From a virus, in IMG/VR virus record IMGVR_UViG_3300017613_000503, positions 1 through 5,598 of that record: a stretch of 5,598 bases of DNA. One strand, given 5' to 3'. Under the pieces are notes generated by a model. The model made no database searches. It had not been told where the DNA came from and was given only the letters and a program-made list of their open reading frames with translations. Below, one piece after another: positions 1 through 4,183 of this stretch (position 1 is the stretch's first letter; each line of letters opens with the position of its first letter). A program made the translations under genes and the position numbers.

Positions 1-121
1 CTATTCCCTCTTGTTTTGTGTCATAGTCTATACCTTTAATTTCATTTTCTCTCGTTTTGTTTAGGTTTGCCTCTGAATCTAATTTATTTTTAGTTCCTTC
101 TGCTATTTTTGTTTCATTTGC
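1..121. repeat. Terminal direct repeat, copy 1 (identical to 5478..5598). It is the assembly overlap of a circular genome.
   Basis: Manual alignment: ctattccctcttgttttgtgtcatag...gtttcatttgc at 1..121 recurs base for base at 5478..5598. This gives a unit length of 5477 nt. Confidence 0.95.
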
Positions 122-565
122 CAATCTTTTCATTGCTAACATATTGTCTATCCCCATCATCTCTGGCATCCCTTGGCTCATTGCTGCACTTCCACCCGCT
201 GCACTTCCTCCACTTCCCGCACTTGCGGTCGTTCCTCCCGCTCCGCTTCCTCCGTACATTAGGCTTGGATTTAATCCCGCTTTTCTCATTTCTTGCATTT
301 GTGCTGAGTAATTTGTGTCTCTCCACATCTGCATAGCCAAACTTGCTCCATGTTCATTCAGTTCTCTTTGGTTTTGTTTTTGTTGGTTATTTAGTTCCAT
401 TTGGCGCTTCTGTTGCCTTTCCTCGCGTTTTTTTTGTCCTATCATGCCCAATAGTCCACTTACTGCTCCAACGCCTTCTGCTGCTGCTCCTAGTCCTCCT
501 AAGAAGCTACTTTGTTTATCGCCTTGTTTCGGCATTCCGAATCCTGGCATCTTTCCTACTCCCAT
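1..565 (-). CDS. VP2: VP2-like DNA pilot / minor capsid protein, 5' portion. The gene wraps around the circular junction and continues at 5477 down to 5164, for 292 aa in total.
   Basis: Manual translation from the ATG at 565..563, which has an in-frame TAA upstream at 583..581. It reads MGVGKMPGFGMPKQGDKQSSFLGGLGAAAEGVGAVSGLLGMIGQKKREERQQKRQMELNNQQKQNQRELNEHG...GGSGAGGTTASAGSGGSAAGGSAA... with no stop down to base 1. The codon built from bases 1, 5477 and 5476 (GAA) runs in frame into the listed 5164..5439 ORF. A Gly/Ala hydrophobic N-terminus followed by a Q/K/E-rich coiled coil, in a gene next to VP4, is typical of microvirus pilot proteins. Confidence 0.8.
   Translation of the reverse strand, partial: MGVGKMPGFGMPKQGDKQSSFLGGLGAAAEGVGAVSGLLGMIGQKKREERQQKRQMELNNQQKQNQRELNEHGASLAMQMWRDTNYSAQMQEMRKAGLNPSLMYGGSGAGGTTASAGSGGSAAGGSAAMSQGMPEMMGIDNMLAMKRLANETKIAEGTKNKLDSEANLNKTRENEIKGIDYDTKQEGI
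182..211 (-). repeat. In-frame tandem 15-nt repeat (2 copies, 13/15 identical) encoding (GGSAA)x2 inside VP2.
   Basis: tgctgcacttccacc (182..196) and cgctgcacttcctcc (197..211). They sit in a locally GC-rich Gly/Ser/Ala linker (about 182..253) within an otherwise AT-rich genome. Confidence 0.8.
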
Positions 566-735
566 TATGTTAAATTTTTGTTAAAGTTTACTTATTTTGT
601 TTTTCGTGCTTTTTTTTAAAAAGCTTTTTGCTATTTTCTTGATATTAACGTATAAGTCGGTACCAATCTGCTTTTTTAAAGGGGATTTATTACAAATCCC
701 CTCATTTTTAGTCCAGATTTCCAGTTTTGCGTGAC
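566..735 (-). promoter_or_regulatory. Larger of the two non-coding regions. It is a candidate terminator, promoter/leader for VP2-VP4, and possibly a replication origin.
   Basis: No ORF of meaningful length on either strand. It contains a 9-bp hairpin (680..702), an AT hairpin (608..624), tandem ccagattt/ccagtttt (713..728) and cttgatattaa (638..648). No promoter hexamers could be called confidently. Confidence 0.4.
680..702 (-). terminator. Perfect 9-bp stem, 5-nt loop hairpin 33 nt downstream of the 107-aa ORF stop. It is a candidate terminator or an ssDNA structural/origin element.
   Basis: aggggattt-attac-aaatcccct, with all 9 pairs Watson-Crick including 4 G:C. In coding sense it is followed only by TTTAAAAAAG, so there is no long U tract and terminator function is uncertain. 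Confidence 0.4.
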
Positions 736-1059
736 TTATGACTCTGCTCCGCTGACTTCTCCACCTTTAGGTTTTACATCATCTTTTACCACTTTCATTT
801 CTGCTGGCTTTTCCGCTCGTTTTGCTTTTTTTACTTTGTGTACTGCATCCATCGCTTCTGTTGCTACTTCCCACCTATCCGTTCGGATATTGTACCCTGC
901 TTGTACTCCTTTTGATTTTTCCGTATAGATTATTGGCGCTCCATCTGTGATTGGCTCTCCATTGTTTACTATTCTTTCAACTTTTTGTTCTAGTGTTTCT
1001 CCCTCCATTGTTGGGTTTCCTCTTAGACTTGTTTTTGTGAATTTTGGTGTTTTATACAT
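736..1059 (-). CDS. 107-aa hypothetical protein with a Lys-rich basic tail. It may be an internal scaffolding or DNA-associated protein (VP3-like role); function is not established.
   Basis: ATG at 1059, only 2 nt after the stop of the upstream 51-aa ORF, and TAA at 736..738. The sequence is protein-like (GEPITDGAPIIYTEKSKGVQAGYNIRTDRWEVATEAMD) and is followed by KVKKAKRAEKPAEMKVVKDDVKPKGG. It sits between VP1 and VP2. Confidence 0.75.
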   Translation of the reverse strand: MYKTPKFTKTSLRGNPTMEGETLEQKVERIVNNGEPITDGAPIIYTEKSKGVQAGYNIRTDRWEVATEAMDAVHKVKKAKRAEKPAEMKVVKDDVKPKGGEVSGAES

Positions 1060-1061
1060 AA

Positions 1062-1217
1062 CTATTGTTTTTTTACTTGTTCTAACTTGATTTTAGCGTA
1101 TTTTAAGCTACTTTCTAGCATTGCTATTATCTCTTCTACTTCTTTTGCTTTTTCGTTCAGTACTACCCCCGAATTTAATCGAGGGTTATTATACTGATTT
1201 TTGTGTATTCCTTTCAT
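1062..1217 (-). CDS. 51-aa hypothetical protein, below the ORF-track size cutoff.
   Basis: Manual translation: MKGIHKNQYNNPRLNSGVVLNEKAKEVEEIIAMLESSLKYAKIKLEQVKKQ. The ATG at 1217 is 1 nt after the VP1 stop (1219..1221). Its TAG (1062..1064) is 2 nt before the 107-aa ORF ATG, so it fills the whole gap exactly. Confidence 0.6.
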   Translation of the reverse strand: MKGIHKNQYNNPRLNSGVVLNEKAKEVEEIIAMLESSLKYAKIKLEQVKKQ

Positions 1218-1218
1218 T

Positions 1219-3279
1219 CTATAGATTTGGGATTACTTTTGCACTCATTTTTCGTCTTGCCGTTACTTTTGCTCCGATTTGTACCCAAAAGTTTTGTGCA
1301 TCTAGGTTTGTATCTGCGAAGATTTGGTTGAATTTTACTGGGTCTATGTACGTTGTTAAGTCTTTGATTCCTATCACTCCGCTTTCGTCTAGTACGTCTA
1401 TTTCATAACGTCTGTTTAATGTCATGAACATTTCCTTGTTTTCATCTGCGAAGTTTCCGTAGCATCTATTTACATTTGTCATGTAGTTTATCCACGCTGG
1501 TACTTTTCCCGCGCTTTTATATGTTGGCGTTCCGCTTCCTATTCCATGTGTTAGACTTGTATCCAGATAATTCATTTGGTCTGTTATTAGGTCTTGGTAT
1601 CCGATTTCATCTAGTGCAGGTTTATGGTAGTCATTCATTGTTTTTAGATTCCCATGCCATACATTTCCTTGACTATAGTCAATTTTTGGTGTTAGAGATA
1701 CTATTCCCATTATTACACTCGGCTCATGTGTTTTGATTTTGATATATCCTCCTTTGTCTTTTGGTGTTAGTCGTCCTCTTCCTCCTAGTTGTCCTAATGG
1801 TTGGTCTTGTGCTACCGTTGTTGCTATTACCTCTTCAAATCCTAGTTCTTTTATTAGACTTCCTTGATATACTGGACTCTCTACACTTCTCGCTCTGTCG
1901 TGCGTATATACTGCGTCTAGCCAGTCATCATAACTTCCTCCACTTAATGCGATTCTATTGAGCATGTTATATACTTTGTTTGCTAAGTTTAGACTGTCTA
2001 TTGTGAAACTATCTCCCGTTGTATCTACTGCCGTTACTTGACTAACTCCGTTTGCTCCGTCTATCCATTCAGTATCTATCCAGTTGTTAAAGAGGTCACT
2101 TTGATAGGTTTTTATTGCTAGTCCCTCTTGTGGTTGTGTCACTGTCCACTTACTATCTACATCTTCGTTGTATTCTAATGCGTTTAGACTTAGGCTATAT
2201 GGTTGTAGTGCCGTTGCCGATATTTCTGTACAGTTCCCATCACTTGCTTGTTCCCATCCCATTGCAAACGTGTCTCCGCTAAATTGCAATATTTTGGTTC
2301 TCATTTCATCTATGTTGCTTAATGGAAAATCCTTGAGTTTTGGACTTGGATTATATTTTCCATCAGTGTTTTCTACTTCTAATTCTACCGCATACGTTCC
2401 ATCTGGTATTCTGTCACTTACGTAGTTATCTAATCTATATGTTATTTTTGTATCTTCTTCTCTTTCAATTTCTGTTAGTGTGTATCCGTCTATTACTCTG
2501 TATACATTCCCTAAATATAATGTGTCTAATTTTGGACTTCCTACTATTTTTGTGTCGTCCTTTGTTTGTAGTCTTACTGTTCCGCCTTTTTGTAGGTCCT
2601 CTTGTGTCAATGCCGTTCCTCCAGTTGTTATGGCTTTTCCTCCGATTGCCATGTAGTCAATTTCGAAACTTATATCTTGGAATATTGAGTTTACTACAAT
2701 ACCGTTTTCCTCCTGCTTATTGGCGTAATAATTCTTGTATATATCCCAATAGCATAAATATGGTACTGCGTTGAATTGTCTGTTTATCGTGTTTCCTCCT
2801 TCTCCTTGTTTCTTTCTTCCTACTCCCATTTGTCCCAAGTATGCGTGTACACTACTAGGATTAACTTGTACTTGTTCCGCTAGTTCTAGTGCCGTTTTTC
2901 CAGCATTTGTATTCCAGTTTGCATTAAGGTGTAACTGTGGTAGTTTTATGTCGCTCATGTCCATTCCAATATTGAGCATATTCATGTGCAATTTTGCGTT
3001 ATATAACCTTACTGGTATTTCGAACACGTCTAGTTGTACCTTATAACTTCCGAATAGTGGCCCTATTGTTGGCAATGTCATCACGTCCGCATCTAGTTTT
3101 ATTTCGAATGTGTCTCCTGGTAATGCCACTTCATTCATAAATGGTACCAGCGTTCCCGCGCTCATACTACTGCGCCATGTATAACTTAAGTCATGTGTTG
3201 ACCTTTCATAGTTGCGCATAGCGATTTTTTGCTTGTTTCCTGACCCTAATCGGTCTCCTCCTAGTGTTACTTCACTCAT
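1219..3279 (-). CDS. VP1: Major capsid protein VP1 (Microviridae F-protein family).
   Basis: 686-aa ORF with ATG at 3279. It has blocks I recognise from microvirus capsid proteins: ERSTHDLS...AGTLVPF...LPGDTFEI, GPLFGSYKVQLDVFEIPVRLYN, YWDIYKNYYAN, SVIMGIVSLTPKIDYSQG, PALDEIGYQD, and C-terminal NFWVQIGAKVTARRKM. Confidence 0.95.
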   Translation of the reverse strand: MSEVTLGGDRLGSGNKQKIAMRNYERSTHDLSYTWRSSMSAGTLVPFMNEVALPGDTFEIKLDADVMTLPTIGPLFGSYKVQLDVFEIPVRLYNAKLHMNMLNIGMDMSDIKLPQLHLNANWNTNAGKTALELAEQVQVNPSSVHAYLGQMGVGRKKQGEGGNTINRQFNAVPYLCYWDIYKNYYANKQEENGIVVNSIFQDISFEIDYMAIGGKAITTGGTALTQEDLQKGGTVRLQTKDDTKIVGSPKLDTLYLGNVYRVIDGYTLTEIEREEDTKITYRLDNYVSDRIPDGTYAVELEVENTDGKYNPSPKLKDFPLSNIDEMRTKILQFSGDTFAMGWEQASDGNCTEISATALQPYSLSLNALEYNEDVDSKWTVTQPQEGLAIKTYQSDLFNNWIDTEWIDGANGVSQVTAVDTTGDSFTIDSLNLANKVYNMLNRIALSGGSYDDWLDAVYTHDRARSVESPVYQGSLIKELGFEEVIATTVAQDQPLGQLGGRGRLTPKDKGGYIKIKTHEPSVIMGIVSLTPKIDYSQGNVWHGNLKTMNDYHKPALDEIGYQDLITDQMNYLDTSLTHGIGSGTPTYKSAGKVPAWINYMTNVNRCYGNFADENKEMFMTLNRRYEIDVLDESGVIGIKDLTTYIDPVKFNQIFADTNLDAQNFWVQIGAKVTARRKMSAKVIPNL

Positions 3280-3458
3280 TTTACTATTGTTTTAGTTATT
3301 ATTAATATTCCACTTACTGCCACAAAGGCCATCCATATTATGAGGATAGCCTTTAGTACTTTTTCTATTCTTTCGAGTCTTCGGATTTTGCGCTTAATTC
3401 GCTGAATTCTTTCATATTTTCTCCTACTAACATCATCACTTGTATTAATCTGTTCCAT
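3276..3458 (-). CDS. 60-aa small membrane protein with a basic N-terminus and a C-terminal transmembrane helix. It is a candidate lysis or membrane-active accessory protein.
   Basis: ATG at 3458. The N-terminal part RRKYERIQRIKRKIRRLERIEK is followed by the hydrophobic stretch AILIIWMAFVAVSGILIIT (3294..3350). Its TGA overlaps the VP1 ATG as ATGA (3276..3279). The TM-coding part occupies the otherwise empty gap between the 89-aa ORF stop and VP1. Confidence 0.55.
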   Translation of the reverse strand: MEQINTSDDVSRRKYERIQRIKRKIRRLERIEKVLKAILIIWMAFVAVSGILIITKTIVK

Positions 3459-3634
3459 GTAATTTTTTTTGATTCTTTTCTTATTTGCTCTAGTTCTCCT
3501 GGTTCGCTTAGTCTATACTTCCCCATTGTTAGGAAGCTCCCTTCTTCTGTTGTTACTATTGTGAAAGGACTATCTTTCACGTCTTCTCTTTTTACTAATT
3601 CTTCTACTTCGTTTGTGTGTTCCGTTTTTAACAT
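3365..3634 (-). CDS. 89-aa hypothetical protein.
   Basis: ATG at 3634. The composition is protein-like (SPFTIVTTEEGSFLTMGKYRLSEPGELEQIRKESKKITWNRLIQVMMLVGE). It is on the same strand as all core genes, and its last 94 nt overlap the 60-aa ORF in another frame. Confidence 0.6.
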   Translation of the reverse strand: MLKTEHTNEVEELVKREDVKDSPFTIVTTEEGSFLTMGKYRLSEPGELEQIRKESKKITWNRLIQVMMLVGENMKEFSELSAKSEDSKE

Positions 3635-3653
3635 TGTTTATTGATTTTAATTA

Positions 3654-3797
3654 CTATTTATTATTGGTTATTTTAATCATATGCATTCCATCTTTAGTTA
3701 GCATCCATCTCGTTCCGTCGTCGTGTACGAATACTAACCGAACAGTTCCATTTGATTCGTTTTTATCATTTGATTGATTGTTGTTTTTATTGTCCAT
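3654..3797 (-). CDS. 47-aa hypothetical ORF, not in the ORF track. It overlaps the 64-aa ORF by 64 nt in the -1 frame.
   Basis: Manual translation: MDNKNNNQSNDKNESNGTVRLVFVHDDGTRWMLTKDGMHMIKITNNK. The C-terminal half looks protein-like and fills most of the 99-nt gap between the 64-aa and 89-aa ORFs. The N-terminal half is low-complexity, as expected from A-rich sequence. Confidence 0.3.
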   Translation of the reverse strand: MDNKNNNQSNDKNESNGTVRLVFVHDDGTRWMLTKDGMHMIKITNNK

Positions 3798-3928
3798 GTT
3801 CCGATTTTTTTATAGTTATAAGATTCGTTAATTTTTCGATATTTTCTTTTCTGCCACTGTTCTAAGATTTCCCCCGTCTCGATGTCCACCGATATTGACT
3901 CGTAATGAGTCTTGTTTGAATTCATCAT
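3734..3928 (-). CDS. 64-aa hypothetical protein.
   Basis: ATGATG at 3928. The sequence THYESISVDIETGEILEQWQKRKYRKINESYNYKKIGTWTIKTT looks more protein-like than the overlapping frame of the 72-aa ORF. Confidence 0.5.
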   Translation of the reverse strand: MMNSNKTHYESISVDIETGEILEQWQKRKYRKINESYNYKKIGTWTIKTTINQMIKTNQMELFG

Positions 3929-4046
3929 GTTGTTCCGTTTTGATTTTCACGTGTTTAGAGTCCCTCACTTTTATGTTTGTTACGCTACACCCTCCAATGA
4001 TATAGATTATTTCCCCTATTATTATATATTTTAACATCTTTTGCAT
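3828..4046 (-). CDS. 72-aa hypothetical protein with an N-terminal hydrophobic segment, which could be a membrane anchor or a weak lipoprotein-like signal.
   Basis: ATG at 4046, the first ORF after non-coding region 2. The N-terminus is MQKMLKYIIIGEIIYIIGGCSV, with Cys20 at 3987..3989 in an IGGC lipobox-like context. A Glu inside the hydrophobic core weakens this. The C-terminal 33 aa overlap the 64-aa ORF and look less protein-like. Confidence 0.4.
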   Translation of the reverse strand: MQKMLKYIIIGEIIYIIGGCSVTNIKVRDSKHVKIKTEQHDEFKQDSLRVNIGGHRDGGNLRTVAEKKISKN

Positions 4047-4183
4047 ATTTATACATTTTTTTTTGTTTTTTTTCTTTTTTTGCTTGCCGTCTCCGTAAGT
4101 TTTAAATTTTCGCCCGTATTAGAAAATTAGATTTTAATACAAGAAATAATTCCGAAAGGATCTATTTCTTTTAAAATTCATTT
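4047..4183 (-). promoter_or_regulatory. Second non-coding region. It is a candidate terminator for VP4 plus a promoter/A-rich leader for the accessory-ORF/VP1 block.
   Basis: Only 15-aa and 23-aa ORFs are possible here. It contains a two-tier hairpin (4141..4170) and phased homopolymer tracts T9-G-T8-C-T7 (4056..4081), which read as A7-G-A8-C-A9 in coding sense. These end 9 nt upstream of the ATG at 4046. Confidence 0.4.
4141..4170 (-). terminator. Two-tier hairpin 13 nt downstream of the VP4 stop codon. It is a candidate terminator or structural element.
   Basis: aagaaata / tatttctt form 8 perfect pairs. They enclose at-tcc-gaaa-gga-tc, a 3-bp inner stem with a GAAA tetraloop on + (UUUC on -). 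There is no clear U tract after it in coding sense. Confidence 0.35.

Noticed and set aside
1-121. Terminal repeat interpreted as a biological direct terminal repeat, LTR or att duplication.
   Set aside because: The repeat falls in the middle of the VP2 reading frame, which is continuous only if the molecule is circular. This is the signature of an over-assembled circular contig, not of genome termini or integration sites.
114-326. 70-aa - strand ORF nested in VP2 in another frame (MERHKLLSTNARNEK...).
   Set aside because: It is an Arg/Lys/Gly/Trp/Cys-rich product, which is what off-frame reading of the GGN/GCN-rich linker of VP2 gives. There is no independent support. An overprinted gene cannot be strictly excluded without comparative data.
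3797-3830. Stop-codon readthrough or recoding joining the 72-aa and 47-aa ORFs, which share a frame.
   Set aside because: Three in-frame TAA codons (3828..3830, 3816..3818, 3810..3812) separate them. The core genes also terminate normally at TAA, TAG and TGA, so nothing suggests an alternative genetic code.
4083-4099. Possible small hairpin cttgccg-tct-ccgtaag in non-coding region 2.
   Set aside because: The pairing is imperfect, with a G-T wobble and a C-C mismatch in a 7-nt arm. It is too weak to call.
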